IMG/VR virus record: IMGVR_UViG_3300045533_000060
Length of the DNA: 64,000 bases
Direction: 5' to 3' (one strand)
Source: an uncultured virus (IMG/VR IMGVR_UViG_3300045533_000060)
Lineage: Duplodnaviria > Heunggongvirae > Uroviricota > Caudoviricetes
Below are positions 19,968 through 30,594 of this stretch, in pieces. The position numbers were made by a program, and so were the translations under genes. Numbering within the stretch: position 1 is the stretch's first letter; the number at the start of each line of letters is the position of its first letter. A model generated the notes under the pieces. The model saw only the letters and a list, made by a program, of their open reading frames with translations, searched no databases and was not told the DNA's origin.

Positions 19968-20783
19968 CTATTTTTTTATTTTAGCATGATAAGCTCTCAT
20001 AGCAGCAGCTACTTTAGCATTTCCTTTTGCAAACTTAGCTAGAGTATCAACAAATAATTCTTCCATACTCAATACGTCAAACTGATTATATTTTTTCATA
20101 CATTCCCAAGCTTTTTTATTACCTTTCATAACTTGGTCCCATAATGAAAAGCCGGGAAATTCTTCGTGGGACTGCTTCTTATATTTTTTATTAAAACGAT
20201 CTGTCATATAAGCCAAGCTATACCAAGGTATTCTTAAATGTCTCTTAGCTATCTTCTTAGTATCTATAGTTTTATATAAGTCTGGCACAGGAAGATTGTG
20301 TTCAGCAATTCGGTTGTTTATTTCCCCGTAATCAAAACCATCTCCGTTCTGCCATATAATCAAATCAGCTTCACTCAATAGCTTAACCAAAGGCTTAAGC
20401 AATTCCTTATCGTTCATTAGATTTTTTTCTTTCCCTCTTTGATCTTTATAGAACATCTTATCTGGAGAATCTCCAATCCATTTAGCCGACCAAGAAAGAA
20501 TAGCCCCCTCTTCAATCATCATATTGTGACTAAGATTCTGCTCCCATACTCCCCAATGCCAAGACTTCTTAGGCTTAGTTTCAATATCTACCAATAGTAC
20601 TTTAGGTAAGTCTTTCTCTATGTGAGATCCATGAGTTTCAATACAGTGCTTGATTGAATCTTGAGATCTGGGATTTAAGAATCTAGCATTATACGCCTTA
20701 GAGATTTCTCCTCTAGAAAATCCATTCTTATATAGGTTTAGTACAAAGGTAATTTGAGACTTTAACCAATTACTTTTTTTCAT
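19968..20783 (-). CDS. RNase H-like / DnaQ-like 3'-5' exonuclease
   Basis: VDIET, QNGDGFD, IDT, YSLAY, YNQFDV motifs; HTH-like N-terminus. Confidence 0.8.
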   Translation of the reverse strand: MKKSNWLKSQITFVLNLYKNGFSRGEISKAYNARFLNPRSQDSIKHCIETHGSHIEKDLPKVLLVDIETKPKKSWHWGVWEQNLSHNMMIEEGAILSWSAKWIGDSPDKMFYKDQRGKEKNLMNDKELLKPLVKLLSEADLIIWQNGDGFDYGEINNRIAEHNLPVPDLYKTIDTKKIAKRHLRIPWYSLAYMTDRFNKKYKKQSHEEFPGFSLWDQVMKGNKKAWECMKKYNQFDVLSMEELFVDTLAKFAKGNAKVAAAMRAYHAKIKK

Positions 20784-20995
20784 GATTCCTCACTGAGTTA
20801 AACGAGTAGTCTTATTCATAGACTCTCTGGCACACATAAAATACATTGCTATAGATAACATTACGACACGTTCTAAAGATTCTCTCTGTTCTAGGTCAAG
20901 AGAAGGAACTTGTAACTCCTCTTGCACAATATCAACAACCCTATCTATCCACTCATCGTCTAAAGCTATTGTCGCTAGAGATTTTTTTTCTTTGC

Positions 20996-21601
20996 TCATC
21001 TATTATCCTTTAAGTATACAGCTTTTTTATTTCCGCCAAACTTAGCAAGCTTAGTCTCCCCAAAAGTTAAAGACCTAAAAGGTTTTTCTAGCAAAATCTC
21101 TACAAAGGCTCCAAGTTCAAAATCATCAATTCCAACTCTACACCCTACTACTATATCATACTCATTTGAAAAATCAAACAAGGGATCTTTAGCTTGGAAA
21201 ATCCAGCTGTCCCCATACCTGTCTGCTGATTCAAAGTTCTGAGATTTTATGTGTAAATTAAAAAGACCCCAACGTAAGTCAGGGTCGAAAGATTTATTTT
21301 CTTTGGAGTAGATGTTCATATCTGGAACCGACACATTCTTTCTACCTCTTTGTAGATAGATAAAATATATCCCCCATTCTGCTAATTTGCCTACGAATAT
21401 GTCTTGTTTTATTTTCTGCAAGTTTGACTGCTTTCGTTTTGCATATTCGTCCTTGTTTGTATAAACAACTCTATCGGCAAAATTTTCACATAGCCTGTAG
21501 ATGTCAGTTCCTAAATAATACTCTTTATCGGAATGTTCCAGTTTCATAAGTACGGTGCTCCCTTTCTTCCTTTTCCTCATCTCCTCCGAAATTTTTTTCA
21601 T
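20996..21601 (-). CDS. putative PD-(D/E)XK-type nuclease
   Basis: GKLAEW...DPDL...LHIKS pattern. Confidence 0.5.
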   Translation of the reverse strand: MKKISEEMRKRKKGSTVLMKLEHSDKEYYLGTDIYRLCENFADRVVYTNKDEYAKRKQSNLQKIKQDIFVGKLAEWGIYFIYLQRGRKNVSVPDMNIYSKENKSFDPDLRWGLFNLHIKSQNFESADRYGDSWIFQAKDPLFDFSNEYDIVVGCRVGIDDFELGAFVEILLEKPFRSLTFGETKLAKFGGNKKAVYLKDNR

Positions 21602-21652
21602 AGGTGATTGAGCAGGATTGTAAAATTAAAAGAGCCATAATAATAAATAGTT

Positions 21653-21928
21653 TCATACGTCCTCCGGTACAAACTCTCGTTTGTGTTCGTAATCTAGATT
21701 TGATACATACTCCTTAACTTCGTCTTTCATATCTTTTGGAGCTTGCTTTACTAAGACATGTTCGTTAACTTCTTTAGAGGTCAATGGTCTAAGTTTAGGC
21801 TCCATAAAAAGCTCAACCATTTGCAGAATGTCTTTGGCAGTTTGCTCAATTAAGACATTGCTGTAAGGCTCTCCTTTTTTTAGAACGGATTCAATATTCT
21901 TAAGCATCTGACTTCGTTTAGCAAACAT
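21653..21928 (-). CDS. small protein, MKRSE-type paralogue
   Basis: AKRSQML start, acidic end. Confidence 0.6.
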   Translation of the reverse strand: MFAKRSQMLKNIESVLKKGEPYSNVLIEQTAKDILQMVELFMEPKLRPLTSKEVNEHVLVKQAPKDMKDEVKEYVSNLDYEHKREFVPEDV

Positions 21929-22154
21929 ATTATCTCCCTATGTAGTCTAACAAAATTATTGCAACAATCAAAATAAAAATATTCTTAATCATTCGCTCCA
22001 TATCCTTCGTATTTCTAAAGTTAATTCGTCAACTTTATCTTTTCCTAATATATTAATTGCCTGATGTAGTAAGTAACTACTTGTAAACCCATCTTCTTTA
22101 TGCCACATCATCTTATATTCTAGAAACTTTCTAAATAGTTCTTCGGCTTCTTCT

Positions 22155-22376
22155 TTACTCATTTTCCCACCCATCTACTATAATTGTATCTTCATAAGGC
22201 ATTAACTCCAAATCTCTACGAATAACAATTTTCTTGTGAGTAGGTTTGATTATATCTAAATCTTCTAATTCTTTTAACACTAGATTGGCGTGTTCAGTTT
22301 CATTATAGGAGTAATGTCCTGTATTTCTTTTAGTTAGAGCATTGGCGATTACTTTAAGCACAGCATTTCTTTTCAT
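22155..22376 (-). CDS. small protein, MKRSE-type paralogue
   Basis: MKRNAVLKVI...GWENE. Confidence 0.65.
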   Translation of the reverse strand: MKRNAVLKVIANALTKRNTGHYSYNETEHANLVLKELEDLDIIKPTHKKIVIRRDLELMPYEDTIIVDGWENE

Positions 22377-22574
22377 TGAACTATCCTTTCTGAGGGTGTC
22401 GGTTCGTTTTCTTCTTGAGATTGCCTAGTTCTTTCCAAATCCAGCTGCATTTTAATTGAAAAAAGCTCAAAATTAACTTTGTTCAGTTTGATGGCTTGCT
22501 CCCCCAGCAGTTTAACGCTAAAGTAGTTGAAGACCAGAGACAAGACCAGTAGAATTACTAGTACATATACCATT

Positions 22575-24869
22575 TTAGTGACCCTCCCTTAGGTTCTTAG
22601 CGGTTTCAGGCTTAGCTACAAGAGGCATTGCTAACTTATTAGTATCCTCCATGCAGTATTGTACGATAGGCTTAGCCTCTTCACAAATACTTTCTTTACA
22701 AGTCGCAACTAACTGATCGTGAATCTGTAAACTCACCCATGCGTCGATCTTATTCTCTATAAATTTCTTAGTCATAGCTATTGCCGCTCTATTCACGATA
22801 GATGTAGCAGTAGATTGAATAGGAAAGTTTAAAGCATTGTTTAAAAGGTTATTATATTCTTTCCTAGTAAGCCTAAGTTCATCCATGGGTACTCCAGTTT
22901 TCATGGAAATCCTTTTCAGATTCCTAAAATCTAGGATGCCATCTCCGAATCTTTGATAGATCTCTTTGGCTCTGGGAAGATGGCGAACTCTACCAAACTT
23001 ACTAGTAACTTTACCAGTAGTCTTTACTTCATGTAAGTACTTATCCATCTTAGCCTTCAGTCCGGGAAATGCTTTGAAGTAGTTCTTGATAATCTCTGCC
23101 GCTTTCTCTTCTGAGATATCTAAACTCTTAGCAAGCTTGAACTCCTTCATTCCGTACCTAATACCCAGAGCGTAAGCTTTAGCGTTCTGTCTTACATTGG
23201 GATATTTCTTCTTCAAGAAGTTAGGAGCTTTCTTGTCAGCAGAAGCATCCTTGATATCTTCTGCCATGATAGCTACTACTGAATACATATCTAGATTGTC
23301 AGTAAAGATTCTGATTAAAGCCTCATCTCCAGCATCGTCAGCGAAACATCTTGGCTCCAGAGATTCATAGTCGTCGTCTATGAAAATATACCCCGGAGGA
23401 GCAACCACTAGCTCACGAATAGAATCGCTATACTTCTTTACTAACTCATGCTCTACGCTATCTTCGTCCTTCGGACGGGGAAGTTGTTGGAAGTCACTAG
23501 AGTATCTTCCAGACGTAGTGCCATGTTGTTTGAAGGTAGGATAGTAAACTCCGTTCTCATGGTTCTCAAGGAACCTATCGTAATAGCTACTCTTGATCTT
23601 ATTAAGCTTGTTGTACACTCTGAGCTTCTCAGCCCAAGGGTGATCCCTAGAAATGCTCTCCACAAAGTCTTCGTTGAATTGAGGAGATCCTTTCGCTGTC
23701 TTCGTGAGTGGTTCGATACCCATGTAATTAAATACTAAATCACCGATCTGAGTTTTAGATTGAATGTTAATTAGATAGTCAGTTCCATTTTCTTTCTTTA
23801 AAAGACAACCACGAATACTGTAGATAGTATTAGAGGAGAGATATCCAGCATCATTAGTAAGTAAGAACTGTTTCCAGTTACTTTCGGGCAAAGCCTCTAC
23901 TGTCTTTCTATTAATTAAAAACTTTCCAGTTGCACCTACTGGAAGACTCAGATCTGCCCATCGACATAGTTCTTGAGCAAAAGAACCCTTTGAAGATACT
24001 GAATATTCTTCTAGTTTGGCATCTCTATAATTCTCCCAAGCTGGAGTGGAATACAAAGCCTCTACTACTTCCTTCTCATACTCTACAATATCATTAGTAA
24101 TCCCATGATAAAGCTCCTCTAATCGAGGCAAGTCAATATGAACCCCACGATGCTCCATGCGGATAGTAACATACTTCTGTAGAGGCATTACTTCCTGATT
24201 ATAAAAGAAGTCGTGAAGGTTTTCTTTGATAAGCCGTTGTTCATTATATTGAAACAGTCGTAGGGTTAAGTCTACATCGGCACAAGCATATTTACTTAGG
24301 ATAGAAAGATCAGCCTTATACATTTCTTTATTAGCAGCGATCCACTTTCCACCATTAGCCGTTACAGAATCCTTAAGATCAAGTTGCTCTTGGTTAGCTG
24401 CGTCTTGAGAGTCTAGTCCTAGTTCTATAGTTTTACGAATACAAATTTCTTTAAGAGCGAATGGACCTTCTTCATTCAAAGTATGTTCCATAAGTTGAGT
24501 ATCGGCATGAAGATTACCTAGGAAGTTAACTTTAAGATAGTTCAGAGTTACTCTCACATCGAAGGAGGCATTGTGCATTAGAAGCTTCTTATACTTCAAT
24601 ACATTAAGAATATTCTTGTAGTGTTCTGTAGATGAGAAGGGGTGAGGTAATAGCATAGCAGTAGTCGTATCCCAATAGAACAGTGGGAAGTAGTAACCTT
24701 CGTTGATCTTTCCAGTGAAAGAAAACCCAATAACCTTTTCTTTGCGTACATTCAATCCTGTAGTTTCCGTATCATAAGCTACGTACTCAACATTATCTAA
24801 ATGAGTCAACGCTTCCCAGTATTTCTCATCATTGTCAATTAGGATATATTTCTTATTGATTACGCTCAT
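22575..24869 (-). CDS. polA: family A DNA polymerase with 3'-5' exonuclease
   Basis: DTETTG and HNASFD exo motifs; GTTSGRYSS; motif A DYESLEPR, motif B RQNAKAYALGIRYG, motif C IHDQ. Confidence 0.95.
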   Translation of the reverse strand: MSVINKKYILIDNDEKYWEALTHLDNVEYVAYDTETTGLNVRKEKVIGFSFTGKINEGYYFPLFYWDTTTAMLLPHPFSSTEHYKNILNVLKYKKLLMHNASFDVRVTLNYLKVNFLGNLHADTQLMEHTLNEEGPFALKEICIRKTIELGLDSQDAANQEQLDLKDSVTANGGKWIAANKEMYKADLSILSKYACADVDLTLRLFQYNEQRLIKENLHDFFYNQEVMPLQKYVTIRMEHRGVHIDLPRLEELYHGITNDIVEYEKEVVEALYSTPAWENYRDAKLEEYSVSSKGSFAQELCRWADLSLPVGATGKFLINRKTVEALPESNWKQFLLTNDAGYLSSNTIYSIRGCLLKKENGTDYLINIQSKTQIGDLVFNYMGIEPLTKTAKGSPQFNEDFVESISRDHPWAEKLRVYNKLNKIKSSYYDRFLENHENGVYYPTFKQHGTTSGRYSSDFQQLPRPKDEDSVEHELVKKYSDSIRELVVAPPGYIFIDDDYESLEPRCFADDAGDEALIRIFTDNLDMYSVVAIMAEDIKDASADKKAPNFLKKKYPNVRQNAKAYALGIRYGMKEFKLAKSLDISEEKAAEIIKNYFKAFPGLKAKMDKYLHEVKTTGKVTSKFGRVRHLPRAKEIYQRFGDGILDFRNLKRISMKTGVPMDELRLTRKEYNNLLNNALNFPIQSTATSIVNRAAIAMTKKFIENKIDAWVSLQIHDQLVATCKESICEEAKPIVQYCMEDTNKLAMPLVAKPETAKNLREGH

Positions 24870-25210
24870 AGTGCTCCATTAGTAACTCTTGTAGTCTATC
24901 ATAAGCTTTTACATATCTCTTAAATAATTCGGTATTAGTCTGAGCATCTTGGTCCATACATAACTCTTCTGCCAAGTTATCATGCAGTATTTGTAGTTTA
25001 TCCAGAGACACAGTTTCTTCATTTAAAGTTTCAACTTCGAGCAATCTTTTCATAACCATCCTATATGCGTAAGCTGACTTGCATCTACTATCTTAACACG
25101 CTTACATATTGTTTGTAAATAGAGGAGCATTGTATTTGTTTGTGTGTTTATCTCATAGCATCCGGTGAATAGGAATAACTCGTTATTGATAGGGCAATAT
25201 AGTATCTCAG

Positions 25211-25714
25211 TCATCCTTTCATCTCTCCACAATGAGGACATTTATAATTATCTACTGTAGACATTTTTCCGCAATGGTCACAGCTATTGCTCCACATTTT
25301 AGCACAGGCTACAGCAAGTTCGCAAGGAAGTAATTCTCTTGGAGCATCGTTAATAAGTTCGTCACGTATATGTGGATACTTAGCGCATACTACAGTGAAG
25401 GCATATTGTATGACAAGCTTCTGCCAGAATCTAACTACGGGGGCAATATATTTTAATGGCTCATTCATAACATCAAAAGACCAAAGCCATTTAGGATATC
25501 GACTATACATGTATCCGGGATGTGTGAGTGAGTGTAGAGTTCCACTACATAAGTAAAGATTCCATCTAGCCGTACCAAACTTTTCTTTACTATGGACACC
25601 AATACGTCCATACTTTCTCATTATAGTATGAGCTTCGTTTATAGCTTTATGTAGCGAATCCCAATCAAAGTCCTCATCTCCCCAATAGTGGCATGGCATT
25701 ATTTCCTCTCCCAA
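25211..25714 (-). CDS. hypothetical protein with KEKFG motif and C-terminal zinc ribbon
   Basis: SKEKFGTAR; CDHC...CPHC; true start probably MPCHYWG. Confidence 0.6.
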   Translation of the reverse strand: MGEEIMPCHYWGDEDFDWDSLHKAINEAHTIMRKYGRIGVHSKEKFGTARWNLYLCSGTLHSLTHPGYMYSRYPKWLWSFDVMNEPLKYIAPVVRFWQKLVIQYAFTVVCAKYPHIRDELINDAPRELLPCELAVACAKMWSNSCDHCGKMSTVDNYKCPHCGEMKG

Positions 25715-26070
25715 GTTTTACTACAGTCAGGACACTTGTACCCTATTGTACAATCTTTGAGCTGACTATACAATCCAATTGCTCTACCCCAACGATTATC
25801 TTTACCGTATTCATCCCAACCTGCATACATAGCAGCATAGTTCAAAGCTTCATCCATAGACTTGCCTTGGCTAAGCGGATAGTCGATAACTAAGTCACCA
25901 TCTAAGTTAGCGTTACAGTGAGGACAGTATCCGTTGATGTTCATTCTAGCTCCAGCTAAGAATCCAGCAATATATGAGATTCCATCCGGGACTCCACCTT
26001 CAGTATCTTGTAACTGTTGATCTTTGAAAGCTTGTCTGGCTGCGTCTTTGATTCTTTTGAGATTACTCAC
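25699..26070 (-). CDS. zinc-ribbon hypothetical protein
   Basis: CPHC...CPDC. Confidence 0.6.
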   Translation of the reverse strand: MSNLKRIKDAARQAFKDQQLQDTEGGVPDGISYIAGFLAGARMNINGYCPHCNANLDGDLVIDYPLSQGKSMDEALNYAAMYAGWDEYGKDNRWGRAIGLYSQLKDCTIGYKCPDCSKTWERK

Positions 26071-26380
26071 TCTCTACCTCCAAATTCAATAGTGTAAAAT
26101 CTGACTCTGGCAATACTTCTAGTCTGTCATCATCTGGAATAACTGAGGACATTAGAACTGTCATACCATATCCATCTTTATGACAAACATACACGCTTCC
26201 ACTATTCCCATGGAACTTGTAAGTATTATCTACTAGTTCAATCTTAGAAATTCCGCTATTAATACGCCAACTATCGGAGCCTAAGTAACCTCCGTACCAT
26301 CCTCCCATAACTTTGTATACAGCTTTATCACCATTAGTTATCTTTAATATAACCCATCTATCAGGCGCATACTCTTTCAT
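26063..26380 (-). CDS. conserved phage hypothetical protein
   Basis: PDRWVILKI...GWYGGYLGSDSWRINSGI motif common in phages. Confidence 0.65.
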   Translation of the reverse strand: MKEYAPDRWVILKITNGDKAVYKVMGGWYGGYLGSDSWRINSGISKIELVDNTYKFHGNSGSVYVCHKDGYGMTVLMSSVIPDDDRLEVLPESDFTLLNLEVESE

Positions 26381-26562
26381 TTGTCTTCCTTGTTATACTC
26401 TGGGGTAAGCTCATGAAGTATTTCTATACCTACAAGCTCATCGTCTTTATTGTAGTCTAGGTATATGCCGTTAGTCAATGTCTTCGTTTTAAGAGGACGA
26501 AAGGAATCATCCCATTCTTTGACGTAGATATAACTGGCATGTTTTGATATGGTAGTTTTCAT
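26377..26562 (-). CDS. DUF2283-like protein
   Basis: SYIY...GIYLDYNKDDELVGIEIL. Confidence 0.65.
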   Translation of the reverse strand: MKTTISKHASYIYVKEWDDSFRPLKTKTLTNGIYLDYNKDDELVGIEILHELTPEYNKEDK

Positions 26563-26803
26563 TCTTCTGTCCTCTTAAGTTCTTCAGCTAACTCTCCATT
26601 CCTAAGCATCTCATTAGTATAGGCTTGCTGTAAATATTCGTGAGCTTGTTGTAGAATTTTGTAATCTTTTAATAACTTACGAACAGTAGCATTTCTATTA
26701 TATAGCTCCTGCGTAAGAGCAGTACAATGATCTTCATACCACTCCCTCATTTGAGCGTCAGTCCACTCTTCCTCCTTACCGTTTACATGCATTGTATTAC
26801 TTT

Positions 26804-27025
26804 TCATTTTTCATCCTCCCAGAAGTTAGGACTATACCCTCCCGGCTCATCCCCAGAATAGTAAGTCTCTGTATAGTCTGGAGGAGGGAGCATTCCAGCT
26901 TCTTCCTGTATATATAATATAGTCTCAGCCATATCCATAGCCTTGTAACGATCAATAATACAGTGAGCTTCGTTGTAATTTATAATTGCAGAAATCATCT
27001 TGCCTAACATCTCACTTCTTTTCAT
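26804..27025 (-). CDS. small protein, MKRSE-type paralogue
   Basis: MKRSEML...EEAGMLPP...WEDEK. Confidence 0.7.
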   Translation of the reverse strand: MKRSEMLGKMISAIINYNEAHCIIDRYKAMDMAETILYIQEEAGMLPPPDYTETYYSGDEPGGYSPNFWEDEK

Positions 27026-27394
27026 TATCTACCACCGTATCATTAAATAGATTAAGTCCCAAGTCTGATGTATGAACTAGTATATCACGAAGGTAGCATA
27101 GGTCTAGGAAGGACATAGATACCCTACTCCCATCTTGTAGCTTGATTGTAATCTCTGGTTTACCTAAAGTATTACTAGGATCGTACATCGTAAATGATAT
27201 CTTAGTTTCATAAGGGTGAACCCAAAGACCACCATTGTTCTTTAATGTAAACTTACGGTGGAAGTTAAGACCCTCTCCTTTACTCTTGAGTATAATCTTA
27301 CATGGTAACTCTGTATCTTGACCAGATACAGAGTCTACTTCTTTTATCTTTAGCTTCCTCTTCATACCATCTCCTTATAGTTATAAAGAATTTA

Positions 27395-27497
27395 AAGGCT
27401 GTTTCCTGTTCCAGAACACTTAGCGTGAGGAATACGTCAAACACGCACCTACCGTTTATCTAGAATTACCCCGCCATACAGCAGGGTAAACGGCTCC
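27395..27497 (-). ncRNA. candidate structured intergenic RNA
   Basis: GC-rich gap with stems GCCGUUUA/UAAACGGU, UUACCCUGC/GCGGGGUAA, GCGUG/CACGC. Confidence 0.4.
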
Positions 27498-27503
27498 TAA
27501 TAA

Positions 27504-28301
27504 TCAATTGAACTTTATAACTCGAATACCACCTGTAGTTAGTTTAACAGCTAATATGTTAGTATCCAAGAAAAGCGAAGTGCCATTTGCGATATCATAT
27601 AGTTTACTAGAACCTGAACAGTTATCTGTTGAGTACACAGCCGAATTACTTGCATTAGGTTTTACAAAAAGACTTGTTCCCGAAACTGCGGTACAGTTTG
27701 CAGATACGTATGATGAGATAATAGCTCCACTACTCCCATCTCTACCATCCACTCCATTACTGCCAGCAGCCCCTTGTTCCCCCTGCAATCCTCTTAGACC
27801 AATTTCCCCACGTTCGCCTACTGCACCTTGGATACCGTCAATTCCTCTCGGACCTTCCATACCTGCTAAACCTTGAGGTCCAACCTTACCTTCTAATCCG
27901 GGCGGTCCTTGCTCTCCTCGTTCTCCTTGAAGTCCAATAGCTCCATCTCTACCATCAACTCCGTTACTACCATCTGCTCCATTAACCCCATCTACTCCGT
28001 CAGCTCCATCTTTCCCATCTTCTCCAGCAATACCATCTTCTCCATTAGTCCCATTGCAAGCAACTAGACTGTTTAGATATACATCGTACTCGTCTGTAGA
28101 GAAGTTATCATTCATATCCAGATAGATATCAAGTCTTTGTCCACCAGTAGAACATTCTATAATAGACGCAGCATTGATCTGCGATACTAATGAGTGCCCG
28201 TTTTCTCCATCCTTACCGTTCTTTCCATCAACTCCATTGGTCCCATTCTTACCATTTCTACCACATGAAACTAATAATAAACCTACGAGCAAATAACGCA
28301 T
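27504..28301 (-). CDS. collagen-like (G-X-Y) lipoprotein
   Basis: Start reassigned to MRYLLVGLLLVSC (RBS GGAGG, lipobox-like); two G-X-Y tracts. Confidence 0.8.
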   Translation of the reverse strand: MRYLLVGLLLVSCGRNGKNGTNGVDGKNGKDGENGHSLVSQINAASIIECSTGGQRLDIYLDMNDNFSTDEYDVYLNSLVACNGTNGEDGIAGEDGKDGADGVDGVNGADGSNGVDGRDGAIGLQGERGEQGPPGLEGKVGPQGLAGMEGPRGIDGIQGAVGERGEIGLRGLQGEQGAAGSNGVDGRDGSSGAIISSYVSANCTAVSGTSLFVKPNASNSAVYSTDNCSGSSKLYDIANGTSLFLDTNILAVKLTTGGIRVIKFN

Positions 28302-28311
28302 AGAACCTCCA

Positions 28312-30276
28312 TTAAAATAAATCAATATCTCCACCATCTTTAGAAGCTTTCTTAGCATCTCGAACTTCTCTAAGTTCCATGCGTTCGATATCCTCTAACT
28401 CTCTTATGTTACCAGTGAGTCCGTCCCAATGCAAATCTGCTGAGAATAATCTACCAGATCTATTCTTGACACAATCAATTGAGAAGAACTTATCTGTCTC
28501 AGGAGTGCGTGAACTGTACCCCGGACGATGAATCGTAAGGATAGCGGTACAAGCCTGAGCAATAGAAGAAGAACCTTTAGCCGAGTTATAGGATAGTAAC
28601 GGCTCATCAATCGTACTAGACATCTTATTAGGTTGCAAGAATACAACTACAGCTTTATTCATATTAATTGCAATCTCCCTTAGTCCTTGAATAACTTCTG
28701 CACTACTTTGAGTAGGATCAGAATATTTAGACTGGACCAGTTCAAGATAGTCCACTACAATTAATCGGAACTCAATGCCTAGCTTCTTTTCAGTATTGAT
28801 AATCGTTTGTTTCATTTCCTCAATACTCTGCCCTGTTTTGAAAACAAAACGTACATTCTTGTATTCCTCTGCTACAGTATCAGCAATCTTATTCTGCTCC
28901 ACAGAGGAACCAGTCTTGTATACTTCATATAGCTTATCTCTATCCATTCGAGTATGTCTCTGAATAAGCTTCTGAAATACATCATACTTGGACATATCAA
29001 AACTAAAGAACATCGAAGCGATATCAAGCTTGGAAGTATTGTTGTGTATAGTGACACCAAGAGATGTCTTACCTGAACCCGGAGGTCCAATGATACCGTA
29101 CAATCTTCCTACTTGAATATGCAAGTTCTTATCTAGGCAAGGGATTCCAAACTGCAGAGTATTCTTTTCAATCTCTCTAGCATAGCTTACGAATAAACTA
29201 GCTGTCTCTTTAATGTCATGAACATCTGCTTCATCATTAAGCACAGCATGAGAAGGAACCATGCCATGTAGCTTCATGAGCAGGTCATCGTTAGTAATAG
29301 AATACACTCCACCTTTCCAAGTAGGAGAGTAGAGCTGAGATATAATGTTCTTATATATCTCTTTCTTTGGAAACTTATCTTCGCCTAATCGTTCAGCTTG
29401 TAACTCTGCCGCAGACTTTAGAAAGTGGTAGGTTTGAGTTTCATTAAAGCCTAGAGACTTTAGCGTTGAGCCGAGAATCATGAGAGCATGACTACGCTCT
29501 CCCATCTCAAAGAATCCAAGAGAAAGAAGATACTTCTCAGGAGTAAGAAACTTAGGCTTACCAGTCCACTCTACATCTGACAAGTCATACGCCACTTTCA
29601 TCTTAGCTTCAATTGAAGGAGCTGCTGGAGTTTTCCTACGGAGAGTTTCCACGAACACGCTACCATCTGCAGGTTTGAAAATGGATGCTAGTTCAGTTGG
29701 CTCCATAGTATTCGTAGCCGCTTCTTTAATCTCTTCGATAGTAGCATCGGGCAATGCAGAAAAATCCAAAGGGATCTTATACAATCCTGTATCCATGTGT
29801 CTACTCAGAGGCAAACGAAGGATACGATTTGAATTGTATATCTGCTTGTCCAAAGTGTTAAGCCCATCCCCAAGATTAAGGCAGATGTTCTTAACTTCAG
29901 TAGGAGTGAAGCTACTTCCTTTAAGTATCACTTCAACTTGGAATCCTTTCTTTCCGGAAAAGAATAAAGCAATGTTATCTGGTTCGAATTTTGCGTTGTC
30001 GATAAGTCTACTGCAAAGTTCGTAAGCATCTTCCTTCGCTCTATCTAGATTATCTAAGCTATCAAAATCCCAGTACAGCTTATTAGTAACAGTGTCAGTT
30101 ATTCCCGCAACACTTCCGGTTTTTTTAAAGGTATTAAATTGTTCGTCGTTGTAGAGGAAAGCAGATGTATAGTAGTCCTTTGTCAAGTCAGTATCTTTGT
30201 ATAGATCACTACTGACTGGAACAAGGATACCTTTATCTTGTACACCTTTACAAATGCGAATATAGTTCATTTGCAC
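28312..30276 (-). CDS. primase (AEP-type)-helicase (DnaB/RecA-like) fusion
   Basis: YWDFD, FSGKKGFQ, RILRLP; GPPGSGKT Walker A, IVVDYL, KNRSG. Confidence 0.9.
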   Translation of the reverse strand: MQMNYIRICKGVQDKGILVPVSSDLYKDTDLTKDYYTSAFLYNDEQFNTFKKTGSVAGITDTVTNKLYWDFDSLDNLDRAKEDAYELCSRLIDNAKFEPDNIALFFSGKKGFQVEVILKGSSFTPTEVKNICLNLGDGLNTLDKQIYNSNRILRLPLSRHMDTGLYKIPLDFSALPDATIEEIKEAATNTMEPTELASIFKPADGSVFVETLRRKTPAAPSIEAKMKVAYDLSDVEWTGKPKFLTPEKYLLSLGFFEMGERSHALMILGSTLKSLGFNETQTYHFLKSAAELQAERLGEDKFPKKEIYKNIISQLYSPTWKGGVYSITNDDLLMKLHGMVPSHAVLNDEADVHDIKETASLFVSYAREIEKNTLQFGIPCLDKNLHIQVGRLYGIIGPPGSGKTSLGVTIHNNTSKLDIASMFFSFDMSKYDVFQKLIQRHTRMDRDKLYEVYKTGSSVEQNKIADTVAEEYKNVRFVFKTGQSIEEMKQTIINTEKKLGIEFRLIVVDYLELVQSKYSDPTQSSAEVIQGLREIAINMNKAVVVFLQPNKMSSTIDEPLLSYNSAKGSSSIAQACTAILTIHRPGYSSRTPETDKFFSIDCVKNRSGRLFSADLHWDGLTGNIRELEDIERMELREVRDAKKASKDGGDIDLF

Positions 30277-30288
30277 AGTTCCTCCTAT

Positions 30289-30579
30289 CTAGTCTTTAAT
30301 CTTAGCTACTACTCTCTTTACAAAAAACTTGGGAATCTTTGACATACTTTTTGTAGCACTCTCAACTCCTTCGGCATCTAGTTTTCCAGAGTTGATCATT
30401 CGTTTATACTTCTCATCAGGAGCTTCTAGCTCTAGAATAGTTCCTTGTTTAATCAAGTCCAGCACTTCATCTTTAGCTGTGATCTTGATGTAGTACCTTG
30501 TCTTCTCAGATGGGTCTTTCTTTGGAGCTTCCAAGAACTCTCCAAAATCTCTACGCAATACTTTCTTTTGATCAGCCAT
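30289..30579 (-). CDS. hypothetical protein in replication/recombination module
   Basis: RBS AGGAG; lies between ERF and primase-helicase. Confidence 0.6.
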   Translation of the reverse strand: MADQKKVLRRDFGEFLEAPKKDPSEKTRYYIKITAKDEVLDLIKQGTILELEAPDEKYKRMINSGKLDAEGVESATKSMSKIPKFFVKRVVAKIKD

Positions 30580-30594
30580 AGTTTACTCCTTGTG

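Noticed and set aside
22575..24869. Z-genome or other base-substitution system
   Set aside because: No PurZ, DatZ, queuosine-pathway or hydroxymethylase genes recognised in the window
28302..28358. Longer start for the collagen-like gene
   Set aside because: Overlaps the helicase end; RBS and signal peptide support the start at 28301
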